Assembly: GCF_963921235.1 (NCBI RefSeq)
Contig: NC_086097.1
Coordinates: 119,290,001-119,354,000 of the forward strand
Length of the DNA stretch: 64,000 bases
Source of the DNA: Mobula hypostoma
Lineage: Eukaryota
Reading direction: 5' to 3'
Shown here: positions 36,178 to 48,462 of the stretch, piece after piece
Layout of the letters: each line of letters starts with the position of its first letter
How positions within the stretch are numbered: the stretch's first letter is position 1
Notes under the pieces: generated by a model
Told to the model about the DNA's origin: nothing
The model's input: only the letters and a program-made list of their open reading frames with translations
Database searches by the model: none
Position numbers and translations under genes: made by a program

Positions 36178-37425
36178 TGTCATGGTCTGGTCCATGGAGT
36201 CCGGACTCCAGGTCTTCTGGCTGTCCATTGTTTCAATTGCGCTTAGTCATCGGCACTCGATGCTTGTCTTGGGGCTGGGAATATAACTGGCCCTGGGATC
36301 GAGTGTGGTTGCTGGTTCGTCTTGTCAGTATCCAGTCCTCACCTCCGTGGGGTAAGTTAGGCCATCTTTGCTGTTACCCTGAGGCTGGACTGTTCCCTTC
36401 CCTTCCCCTTCCTTCTGGAGCCTTGCCCTGCGACCAGTGTCTGGAGCCTTGCCCTGTGACCGGTGTCTGGAGCCTTGCCCACAGCCTTGTCAAGTTCTAC
36501 CACTGGAGCGAGACCGGAGGCTTGCTGTGTCAAGATAAGGAACTGTCTGTCGTTGAGTTGGAACTGTCTCTGTGTCCACACCTTCGCTAGGTAGGTCCGG
36601 CTGTTTGCTGCTACCTAGTGTTGGGAACTGTCTCTGTGTCCACGCCTGCTCTAGGTAGGTCCAGCCATTTGCCGCTACCTAGTGTTGGGAACTGTCTCGT
36701 CATGTTCAGCATTCTGTGTATGAGTCCCTACATCCTGTTCAAAAGGAGGGGTCCCGGCTCTGTGTTCCATGTTCCTGTCTCTCAAGTCCAAGGCTCCGTG
36801 TTCCTGCCTTCCCCAAGACCAAGGCTCTGTGTCCTGCGTTCTTGTAATCCCAAGTCCAAGGCTCAGCTGTTCCTGAGTACCAAGTCAAGGCTTCATGTTC
36901 TCGTCCTATCCATGTGCTTCGTCCTGTCCATGTGCTTCGTCCTGTGCTGGAGTTCCCTCGTCCTGCCCAGGAGTCTCTCGTTCTGTCCTGTAGCCTTGCC
37001 TAGTCCTGTCTCCCAAGACCTCATCATAGGATGACGATGCCTGGTTCCGGAGTCCGAGCCTGAGTCAAGACCCAGGTTCTGGGTCCTTGTCCAGTCTCTG
37101 GTTCGGAGTCCGAACCCAAGCCTCGTCATGTCCTCGCCTCGAAGAACCCAAGCCATGTCCAGTCCTGTAGCCATATCATGTCCTCGCCTAGTTCCGGGGT
37201 CCGAGCCCGAGTCAAGACCCAGGTTCCGGGTCCCTGTCCAGTCTCTGGCTCAGAGTCCTTGTTCAGGTTCCAAGTTGCTAGTTTTTTGTCCTGGTCCTGC
37301 TTGCCTAGCCAATGTCCTAGCCCAAGTCTGTGTTCTTGTCCCAGCTCTCAAGTCAAGTCCTGTCACTAGTACTTCAGTGTCTGTGTCTTGCATTTGGGTC
37401 TGCCACCAGCACCCATGCTATGACA
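36178..37425 (+). mobile_element. Gypsy Tf1/sushi-type solo LTR, 1248 bp, related family with internal duplications
   Basis: TGTCA...TGACA; perfect TSD TCAGT (36173-36177 and 37426-37430); shares TGTCATGGTC, CTCCGTGGGGTAAGT and TGTCTTGCATTTGGGTC with 30716-32611. Confidence 0.9.
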
Positions 37426-37499
37426 TCAGTCTGCTCAAAAACATGTTGTAGACACATTTGGACAATTATTTAAAATTAAATCTACAGATGCTGCATCTA

Positions 37500-38460
37500 T
37501 CAAAAATGTATTGCTGAGGCTTTGATCAGATCACAATTGGAGCATTGTGAGTAGTTTTGAGTCTATTATCTAAGGAAGGATAGAATTGACATTGGAGATG
37601 GTCCAGAGGAGGTTCAAGAGAATAATCCCAGTACTGGAAGAGTTAACACAAGGAATAGCATTTGATGGCTTTGGGCCTGTAGTCGCTGGAGGTTAGAAGA
37701 ATGAAGGGGGATCTCATTGAAACCTATTGAGTGTTGAAAGGCCTAGATAGAGTAGATATGCAGAGGATGCTTCCAGTAGCAGGGAAAGTCAAGGACCAGA
37801 AGGCCCATCCTCAGAATAGAAGAAGATCCAGTTAGAACAGATGAGGAGGAATTTCTTCAGCCAGAGAATGCTGAGTTTGTGGAATTCATTGCTACTGATG
37901 GCCGTGGAGGACAAGTCATCATTGGGCATATTTAAGGTGAAGGATGATAGGTTTTTGATTAATGAGGGAGTCAAAGGTTACAGGGTCAAGGCCCAGTTTG
38001 TGGATGGTATGAATATAGGTGAAGGGGCAGTTAGTATTGAGGTAGAAGGGAAGACGCAGATGGACTTAAAGATTAGGGGAATGGGTAAAAATGTGGCAGA
38101 TAGAATATAGTGTCTGGAAGTGTATGGTCATGCACTTTGGTAGAAGGACTAAAGGCATAAACTATTTTTTCTAAGTGGGGAGAAAATTCAAAAATCCAAC
38201 ATTCATAGGGACGTGTGAGTCATCATGCCAGATTTCCTAAATGTGTACTTACAGGCTGAGTCAGTGGTGAGGAAGGCAAAGGCAATATTAGCATTCATTT
38301 TGAGAGGACTAGAGTAAAAAGAATGAATGTAATGTTGAGGCCTTGTAAAGCACTGGTGAGGCCTCACCTGGAGTAATGGGAAGAGATGGGGTTCTCTATA
38401 AGAAGAACATTTAACAGCTTGGGGCCTGTACTCACTGGAATTTAGAAGAATGAGGGGAGA
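37500..38460 (+). mobile_element. CR1 3'/RT fragments in tandem
   Basis: MRRNFFSQRMLSLWNSL and other CR1 motifs. Confidence 0.8.
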
Positions 38461-38461
38461 T

Positions 38462-41400
38462 TGCAATATTACAGATTGCCAGGTATGATGTTGTGGCCAT
38501 CACTGAACCGTGGCTGAAGGATGGTTGTAGTTGGGAACTGAATGTCCAAGGTTACACATTGTATTGGAGGGATAGAAAGGTAGGCAGAGGGGGAAGTGTG
38601 GCTCTACTTGTAAAGAATGGCATCAAATTAGTAGAAAGATGTGACATAGGTTCGGAAGATGTTGAATCCTTGTGGGTTGAGTTAAGAAACTGTAAGAGTA
38701 AAAGAACGTTGATGGCAGTTATATACAGACCTCCCAACAGTGGCTGGGAGGTGGACCACAGGTTACAACAGGAAATAGAAAAAGCGAGTCAAAAGGACAA
38801 TGTTATGGTAGTCATGGGAGATTTTAACATGAAGGTCATTTGGGAAAATTAGGTTGGTAATGGATCTCAAGAGGGTGAGTTCGTTGAATGCCTAAAAGAT
38901 AGCTTTTTAGAGTAGTTTGTCATTGAGCCGACTAGGGAATCAGCTATATTGAATTGGGTGTTTTGTAATGAACTGGAGGTGAGTAGGGAGCTTAAGGTAA
39001 AAGAACCCTTAGGAACCAGTGATCACAATATGATTGTGTTCAATTTGAAATTTGAATTGGAGAAAGTAAAATCTGATATAGCAATATTTCAGAGGAGTAA
39101 GGGAAATTACAGTGGTATGAGAGAGGAGATGGCCAAAGTAAATTGGATGGAGCTGCTGGCAGGGATGTCAACAGAGCAACAATGGTGTGCATTTCTGGGG
39201 AAAATGAGGAAGGTGCTGGACATGTGTATTCCAAAACTGAAGAAGTACTTAAATGGTAAAATAGTACAACCATGACTGACAAGGGAAGTCAAAGCTATTG
39301 TAAAAGCAAAAGAAAGAGCATACAACAAAACAAAAATTAATGGGAAGATAAAGGATTGGGAAGTTTTAAAAAACCTACAGAGAGCAACTAAAAGAGATAT
39401 TAGAAGGGAAAAGATGAAATTTGAAAGCAAGCTAACAAATAATATAGAAGTGGATAGTAAACATATTTTAAGGTTGTTAATAATAAAAGAGAAATAAGAG
39501 TGGATATAGGACTGCTAGAAAAAGAGACAGGAGAAATAACAACAGAGACAAAGAGATGGCTGATGAACTAAATGAATATTTTGCATCAGTCTTCACTGTG
39601 GAAGACACTAGCAGTATGCTTGATGTTGTAACGTATGAAGGAAGAGAAGTGGGTGCAGTTACTGTTACAACAGAGGGAGTGATCAAAAAGCTGAAAGACT
39701 GAAAGGTACATAAAGGTTCCAAAGGTAGTCATAGCCGAAGGGTGGTAGTGGGGACGAGCTCCCACTGTAAAACAAATGCTCTTCATGGCATGCATCTCAA
39801 ACCCCTCTGACAACCAAGTCCAACTCCTGGCCTTCAGGTGTGGCATAGCTTTTATGCCTGGCACAGCTGTTCTCACTGACAGGTAAAAGGGCAAAGGCGG
39901 GCCACTGGCGCCTTAAAACCAGTTGCTCCAGGTAGATGGGGCTCATTAACCACAGATGGTAGCTCATCTAGGAGAGGGAAAACTTCGATTTCAAACCTCC
40001 GCTGCCTTGCGGCTATACCTGCTCATGGGAAAGGTTTTGGGAGTAAACCCTGTGGGAAAATCCGGAGTCAGAGTCCCGAAGATGGCTGACTGCTGTACCC
40101 AGCACCGGCACGGCAACTCCTGCGATGCTGCTGTCACCAAACTGAATCGACTTTCGTCGTTCCTTTGGACCTGTCATCAGCATCGGGGGGGGGCGGGGTC
40201 CCACTGCATGGGCAACAGATGGATCTCCTTATCTATGCTGCCCTGGCTTGCGCCCTGGAGAAGTCACTCCAGCTTCGCTTTATAGCATCGGACAAACACG
40301 GGAAGCAGCAGTTACCGGTTATAAGTCATAATGCTTGATTGGCGTAGAGCATGGCGCCAGGGGTTGCTTCCGACAGTGGGAGTGACCATTGCATTTCACT
40401 GGACAGCTACGGCCCACCTCAAGCTGGGCGGCCCCCAGCCAATAAGGTGCTGTCCCACCACAGTCAGTCTTCCTCATTGGCTGCATGGTGATAATGGATT
40501 ATTCCAGAAAGACTGACTGTAACTACTGCACCAGACAAGAAAGAAAACAAATCGAATAAGACAACACCCCTCAAGTTGGGATATTGGAATGTCCGCACAA
40601 TGATGACTGGACTTGACCAAAACCTCAAGGATATCGAAGATGCATGAAAAACAGCGGTCATTGACAATGAGCTGCTAAGGATCAAGGTAGATATAGCTAC
40701 CCTACAAGAAACACATTTGGCGGATTCAGGTACACGGAAGGAAAGGGACTACAAATTTTTCTGGCAGGAAAAGAACCAAAATGAGCCCTGCAAGCATGGT
40801 GTGGGTTTTGCCATTAGGAACTCCTTGTTGCAAATGGTGGAGCCACAAGAAAATGGATCAGAATGACTTATGACTCTTCGCCTACACACCAGTCTTGGCC
40901 CAGTATCTCTCGTCAGTGTGCATCTCCCTACCTTGAACTCCACCTCTGAGGCAAAAGGCGTGTTTTACGACAAATTAGAAACTGTTGTGAGGAATATTTC
41001 CAGTAATGAGTACCTCGTTCTCCTTGGTGACTTCAATGCCAAAGTGGGAGCTGATAACGATTCCTGGCCATCTTGTCTTTGTCACTTTGGAATTGACAAA
41101 ATAAATGACAATGGACAACATCTCCTGGAGTTCTGCTCCTATCACGGCCTGTGTGTAACTAACTCCTACTTTCAGACGAAGTCGCAGTACAAGGTCTCAT
41201 GGTGACATCCACGGTCTAAACACTGGCACCAACTAGACATGATCATCACCAGACACTCTTTCATCAATTCTGTACTAATCGCCCACTCATACCACAGTGC
41301 AGACTGCGATACCGATCATGCTTTAGTATGCTGCAAGATCAGACTATGTCCGAAGAAAATCCACCACTCCAACAGAGATGAAACAGTCAGAAAAGATTGA

Positions 41401-44400
41401 CCAGTTTGCCAAGTCAGTACAAGGTGCTATGACTACCTCCTCACAAGGAGATACTGCAACAGAACAATGGTCATACCTTTGCAACACCATCCACGAATCA
41501 GCACTCTCTATCTTTGGAAGAAACACCACAAAGAGCAGTGACTGGTTTGAGGCAAAGTCCAACATCATGACTCTTGTCATCGAAGCCAAGAGTGCAGCTC
41601 TCATATAGTACAAGCGCTCACCATCCGACCAAACACTACAGGCACTTCGAGATGCTAGAAGCAAAGTGCAACAGACTGCAAGGTGTGCAAATGAGTACTG
41701 GCTCCAGCTCAGTGAGGACATTCAGACAGCAGCTGTGACAGGCAACATCAGATCGATGTATGATGGTATCAAGAAGGCCCTTGTCCCACCACAGAGCAAG
41801 ACAGCACCCCTGAAGTGATCCAGTGATGAAATAATCACCGATAAAAGCAAGCAGATGTAACGCTGGGTAGAACACTACTCTGAGCTCTACTCCAGGGAAA
41901 ATGTCGTTGTTAGCTCAGCCATTGATGCCATCGAATGTTTACCAGTCATGGATGAACTCGACTCCGAACCAACGATTGAAGACCTCAGCAAGGCCATTGA
42001 CAGTCTGGTTCCAGGGAAAGCTCCTGGCAGTGATGGGATTCCTCCAAACCTGATCAAATACTGCAAGAGCCCACTCCTCCAACCTTTATACGTGGTCCTC
42101 CATCAGTGATGGGAGGAAGGAGCCATATCACAGGATATGCGCGACTCCAAAATCGTCACTTTGTACAAGAACAAGGGTAATGGGAGTGACTGCAACAACT
42201 ACAGGGGTATCTCGCTCCTGAGTATTGTCGGCAAAGTCTTTGCTTGTGTAACTCTGGCACGTCCACAAACTTTGGCAGAACGGGTCTACTTTCAGTCCCA
42301 ATGTGGTTTTCACGCAAGGAGGTCAACTGTCGACATGATTTTCTCACTCCGTCAACTCCGGGAGAAGTGCAGGGAACAACAGAACCCATCTATGTCACTT
42401 TCATTGACTTGACCAAGGTATTTGACCTTGTCAGCAGAAATGGGCTCTTTCAGATTCTCCTCAAGATCGGCTGCACTCCGAAACTCCGAAATATATCAAG
42501 TCATTCCATGACGACATGAAGGCTACTGTTCAGTACAATGGCAGCTCATCAGAACCCTTCGCTATTCGTAGTGGAGTCAAACAAGGATGCGTGTTGGCCC
42601 CAACATTATTCGGCTTCTTCTTCTCTCTGCTATTGAAGCATGCGCTTGGGACATCGACAGAAGGCATCTACATGCACACCAGGTCTGATGGGTGGCTGTT
42701 CAATCCTGAGTGCCTGAGAGCAAGAACAAAGGTGTGAAAGATCTTAATACGTGACATGCTCTTTGCTGATGATGCTGCTATAACCTTGCACACCAAATAG
42801 CAATTACAAACTCTCATGGACCACTTCTCTAAGGCATGCAAGGACTTCAGGCTTACCATCAGCCTAAAGAAAACAAATGTACTTGCTCAGAACGTAGTGG
42901 AGATACCTGTCATTACCATCAACAATTACGATCTAGAAGTGGTCCACGAGTTCACATACTTGGGGTCGACCATTAGTGACACTCTGTCCCTTGATGCTGA
43001 AATCAATAGGCGTATCAGCAAAACAGCATCGATCCTTGCTCAACTCTCCTCACGAGTCTGGGAGAATCCGAAACTCGCTACAAAGACCAAGACTGCTGTG
43101 TACAATGCATGCATTATCAGCACCCTCCTGTATGGTAGCGAGACTTGGACCATCTACTCCAAGCAAGAGAGGAAACTCAATGGTTTTCACCTGTGCAGCC
43201 TTCACCGTATCCTCAGCATCACCTGGAGAGACAAAGTTCCAAACTCTGAGGTCCTCTCCCATGCTGGACTTCCCACAACGTTCACGCTTTTAAGACTACG
43301 CATACTACGCTGGCTGGGCCACGTCTGTTGTATGAAGGATAGTAGACTGCCAAAGGACTTCCTCTATGGAGTACTAGCAACAGGCAAGAGGAATGTTGGT
43401 AGACTCCAGCTTCGCTTCAAAGACCTCTGCAAGCGCGACATGAAAGCCTTAAAAATAAACAGTGCTGGGAGGATACAGCAGGTGACCACAACAAATGGCA
43501 AGGTATTCTTCAGCAACACCTACAGCAAGGTGAAAGTGTGATCCTGGGTCAGTTTGAGGAGCAGAGAGCTAAACGGAGAGCACAATGGACAGCGGACAAC
43601 TATTCCACGATGCCCTACTCATGCAGTAACTGTGGCAGAGCCTACCTTTCCAAGATCGGCCTCAATAGCCACAGTCGACGCTGCTCGACAAACCAGTGAC
43701 TACCAGAGACGCAGTACCCATGGTCGACCACGACTGATGGAGGCCACACACATACCCAGACCAGAGGAACTGCACCCTAGGGTTCTGAAAGAAGTAGTGT
43801 TAGAGATGATCTTTCAAAAATCATTGGACTCTGGCATGGTGCCAGAGGACTGGAAAATTGCGAATGTTACTCCACCCTTTAAGAAAGGAGGAAGGCAGCA
43901 GAAAGGAAATTATAGACCAGTTAGCCTGACCTCAGTGGTTAGGAATATGTTAGAATCAATTGTTAAGGATGAGGTGATGGAGTACTTGGTGACACAAGAT
44001 AAGGTAGTACAAAGTCAACATGGTTTTCTTCAGGGAAAATTCTGTCTGATGAACCTGTTGGAATTTTTTGAGGAGATTCGAAGTAGGATGCAGTGAATGT
44101 TGTATATTTGGACTTTCAGAAGGCCTTTGACAAGGTGCTACACATGAGGCTGCTTGCCAAGTTAAGAGCTCATGGTATTACAGGAAAGTTACTAACATGG
44201 TTAGAGCATTGGCTGATTGGTAGGAGGCAGCAAGTGGGAATAAAAGGATCCTTTTCTGGTTGGCTGCCAGTGACTAATGATGTTCCACAGGGGTCAGTGT
44301 TGGGACCACTTCTTTTTATGCTGTATATGAATGAGTTAGATAGTGGAATAATGGCTTTGTTGGCAAGTTTGCAGATGATAAGAAGATTGGTGGAGGGGCT

Positions 44401-45295
44401 GGTAGTGTTGAGGAAACAGGTAGGATGCAGAGGGACTTAGACAGATTAGGAGGATCGGCAAGAAAGTGGCAAATGAAATGCAATGTTGGCAAATGCATAG
44501 TCATGCACTTTGGTAGCAGAAATAAATGTGCAGACTATTTTCTAAACGGGGAGAAAATCCAGGAATCTGAGATGCAGAGGGACTTGGGAGTGTTTGTGCA
44601 GAACAGCCTGAAGCTTAAATTTCAGGTTGAATCAGTGGTGAGCATTTATTTCCAGAGGTCTAGAATACAAGAACAAGGATGCGATGCTGAGGTTTTATAC
44701 TTCATAAGGCACTGGTGAGGCCTCACCTTGAGTATTGTGAACAATTTGGGCTCCTCATCTTAGAAAAGATGTGCTGGCATTGGAGAGGGTCAAGAGGAGG
44801 TTCACAAGGATGATTCCAGGAATGAAAGGGTTACCATACAAAGAACGTTTGATGGCTCTGGGTCTGCACTCTCTGGAATTCAGAAGGATTGGCGGGTGGG
44901 GGGGGGCGGAGGAATCTCATTGAAACCTTTCAAATGTTGAAAGGCCTAGACAGAGTAGATGTGGAAAGGATGTCTAGGTCAAGAGGACACAGCCTCAGGA
45001 TATAGGGGCGCCCTTTCAAAGCGGAAATGCAGAGAAATTTCTTTAGCCAAAGGGTGGTGAATTTGTGGAATTTGTTGCCATATACAGCTGTGGAGGCCAG
45101 GTCGCTGGGTGTACTTAAGGCAGAGATTGATAGTTTCTTGATAGGATATGGCATCAAAGGTTATGGGGAGAGGCCGGGAACTGGGGTTGAGGAGAAGATT
45201 GAAAAAAAAGGAACAGCCATGATTGAATGGCAGAGCAGACTCGATGAGCCAGAAAGCCTAATTCTACTCCTATGTCTTATGATTTTGTGGTCTTA
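38462..45295 (+). mobile_element. CR1 LINE with near-complete ORF2 (APE and RT), split by an RTE insertion
   Basis: AITEPWL..RGGSVALLVK..VIYRPPN..MGDFN; SDHN; resumes near 43750 with PRPEELHPRVLKE; YLDFQKAFDKV; PQGSVLGP; tail near 45290. Confidence 0.92.
39712..43750 (+). mobile_element. RTE-clade LINE, near full length (about 4 kb), single disrupted APE-RT ORF
   Basis: LKLGYWNVRTM, DIATLQET, LLGDFNAKVG, DCNNYRGISLLSIVGKVFA, GVKQGCVLAPTLF, LFADDAA, FTYLGS, LRWLGHV, terminal CSNC..IGLNSHSRRC; about 800-bp 5' UTR; short CA tail. Confidence 0.93.
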
Positions 45296-45660
45296 TCTCA
45301 TTGAAACCTATTGAATGTTACAAGTCTAAAGTGGAGATGATGTTTCCTGTTGTGAGGGAGTCTAGAACCAGAGGACACAACCTCAGAATAAAGGGATGTC
45401 CATTTGCAATGCAGATTAGGAGGAATTTCTTTATCCAGAGTATGGTGAATTTGTGGAATTCGTTGCCATAGGTGGCTGCAGATGCAAGGTCATTAGGTGT
45501 AATTAGGACAAGTTTGCTAGATTCTTGATAGGTCAGGGCATGAAAAGTTATGAGAAAAGGCAGGAGAATGGGGTTGAGAGGGAAATGGATCAGCCTTGAT
45601 CAAATGGCAGAGCAGGCTCGATAGGCCAAGTAACCTAATTTTGATCCTAAGTCTTAAATC
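45296..45660 (+). mobile_element. CR1 3' fragment
   Basis: Repeats the CR1 3' end seen at 44910-45295. Confidence 0.8.
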
Positions 45661-46869
45661 CTGATGGTGTTATTATCTTAAAAAGAGACAGAAAATAATG
45701 GAAACAATTGGCATGTCAGGCAGCACCTGAGAAGTAGTTAATGTCTTGTGCTAAAAATCTTTCATCAGAGGAAATACGTTAATTTTCAGTAGTAGAGAAA
45801 ATAGTGGAAGCATGGCAGAACATAGGCAATATTCCTGACTGAGTAAAACCACACAAGAAAATGCAGCAGCCTGAATAGTAGTTGGTTTTAGATTTCATGT
45901 CTTTGTCTGTGTAAAATTCTGTTAATAGTAACTTGAGGGATGAAGTGATATTCTCCATCTTGCTCCCATTCTGACCTCTCAGCGACTGATCGCTCCAGTG
46001 AAGCCCAACATAAACTCAAGCAACAGTAATTCATTTCTAACCACAGCATGTTACAAAATATAATGTAACACATCACTAAACATAACCTATGCACTCACCT
46101 TCAAGGACTCTACAACTCATGATCTCAGTATAATTTATTTATTATAATTTTTTTTTTGTGTTTGCAGCGTTTGTCTTCTCTTGCACATTGATTGCTTGTC
46201 ATTCATTGATTCTATAGTATTTCTTTGATCCACTGTGAAGAAAAGGAATCTGGGTAGTATATGGTGATACATACTTTGATAATAAACTCACTTTGAATAT
46301 TGAGTTTTTTCACCAACAGCATATGAAGTGCATTGTTTGAGGAGGAAGTGAAGTGAAGCCAATTCAATCAGATTTATAAAAATGAGCACCTTTTTGTCCA
46401 AGTGAAGGTGAGATATTAGTGGAGCACAGTGTGGCCAGTCAAGAAAACAATTGCACAAAGATGTTCAAGGATCAGCTCTATTTGTCATATCCACCGTACA
46501 TTGAAACATACAGTGAAATCTGTCATTCGTGTCGAGAATATGCTGGGGGTAACCCATGAATATTGCAATGCTCTGGCACCAATCCAGCATGCCATCAGAG
46601 GAATTGATATTCCTCTATTAGATCTTCCCTTCAATGTCCTACATTTAAACAACCTCTCCTTGTACCTCGGGCTCCCATGTCAAGGTAACATTCTGGTAAA
46701 TCCTTTCTGCACTCTTTCTAGTTTTATAACATCTTTTCTATAACCGGGACACAATACTCCAAACACAGCAACAGAAACATAATTTAGAACTGTATCATAC
46801 CTTCCCAGCCACTGTACTCTGTGCTCTAAATGATGAAGTCCAACATGCTATCAAACCGGTCCAAAAGCA

Positions 46870-47350
46870 TAGACACAAAAGCTGACCGGGATCCTTTTCA
46901 TGAAACAAAAGAAATTTGGCATGTCCTGGTTGAACCTCGCCACTCGTTTCAGTGAATCTTATCCAGGTGCATTGTGGCTTGGTGTGATAACTGCCATAAG
47001 AAACCGTAGGGAGTTGTGGACACAGCTCAGTGCTGCACAGAGACAAGCCTTCCCCTCATAGACTCAGTCTACACTTCTCACTGCCTCAGTAAAGCATCCA
47101 ACACAATCAAAGACCTCACCCACCATTTTCTCTTTTCGCTCCTTCCATCAGGCAGAAGATATAAAAATCCAAATGCATTTAAGTTCAAAGTAAATTTATT
47201 ATTGAAGAACATATGTCACCATATACAACCCTGAGATTCATTTTCTTACGGGCATACTCAATAAATCTGTATTAGAATAATAACCATATCAGAATCAATG
47301 AAAGATCGCACCAACTTGGGCAAAAAAACTGTGCAAATACAAAAATAAAG
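46870..47350. mobile_element. Rex1-type 3' fragments in both orientations
   Basis: KASNTIKDLTHHFLFSLLPSGRRYK on plus, followed by the reverse-oriented 3' UTR. Confidence 0.6.
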
Positions 47351-48019
47351 AAATAATAATAATATTCCTTTCATTTTGTATTTGCATAGTTTCTTTTTGT
47401 TTGCTCAAACACGGGCTCATTACCAGGCTCAAGGACAGCTTCTATCCACTGAATGATCCCTTAATACAATAAAATGGACTCTTAATCTCATATTTTATCT
47501 CATTATGGCCTTTGGCCTTACACCTGATTGTCTGTCAGCATTGTACTTCCTCTAACAACTTAAACTGCATCATGTTATTGATCTCCCTTTTCAAAGTTCC
47601 ATGTCTACGTTATACAACCTTGAGATTCATCTCCTTACAGACAACCTCAAAAACAAAGAACCCTCAAGAGGACCCATAAAAGAAAGCAAAGCCGTCAAAC
47701 ACCAAATGCGCAGAGAGGAAAAAGAACCAATTCTGCAAACAATGAAATTAAGAAAATAGCTTCAGAACTGAAGATTTATGAAAGACACAAAGTCCAGCAT
47801 CACTGCAGCTGGAGTAGGCCATAGCCTCTGTTCATCGTGAAGTAGAGTAAACATTGCGAGACCACAGACGTGAAGCCAGGTATCGATCTGGCCCAGCATT
47901 TAAGTTGTCCAAACATCTGGTTGTCCTTACTCTCAGACCATTCTGGGGCCTGAACCCTGCCACTATGATTTGGCCTCGACCTGACCTTTCCAATTCGGCC
48001 CTGCGCTTAAATCGATCAG

Positions 48020-48195
48020 TCATTAGGTGTATTTAAAGCAGAGATAGATAGGTTCTTGACTAGCCAGGGCATCAAAGGGTATGGGGTGAAAGCAGGGGAC
48101 TGGGGATGACTGGATGAAGTGGATGATTGAATGGCGACACAGACTCGATGGGTCAAATGGCCTACTTCTGCACCTGTACCTTATGGTCTTATGGA
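48020..48195 (+). mobile_element. CR1 3' terminal fragment
   Basis: TTTAAAGCAGAGATAGATAGGTTCTTG..CTTATGGTCTTATGG tail. Confidence 0.8.
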
Positions 48196-48462
48196 TATCG
48201 GGACTTCCCTTGCTGTCAAGGTCGCCACGAATCTGCCTTGTACTACTTCAGCCTACTAATGCAGTGAAATGATCTGTACGGATAGCATGCAAAACAAAGA
48301 TTTTCACTGTTATCTCAGTATAATTACCTATTTATCAAACCTCTTATTCACTGCCCTATTTACCTGTGACACTGCTTTCAGCAAGATGTGCACTAGGTCC
48401 CTCTGTTCTATAACATTCCTGTAAGATTCATTGCATAAATCCTTGTCTTTTATCATATATTA

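Noticed and set aside
43554..44096. 180-aa ORF as a novel gene
   Set aside because: Read-through from an off-frame RTE 3' end into the resumed CR1 ORF2.
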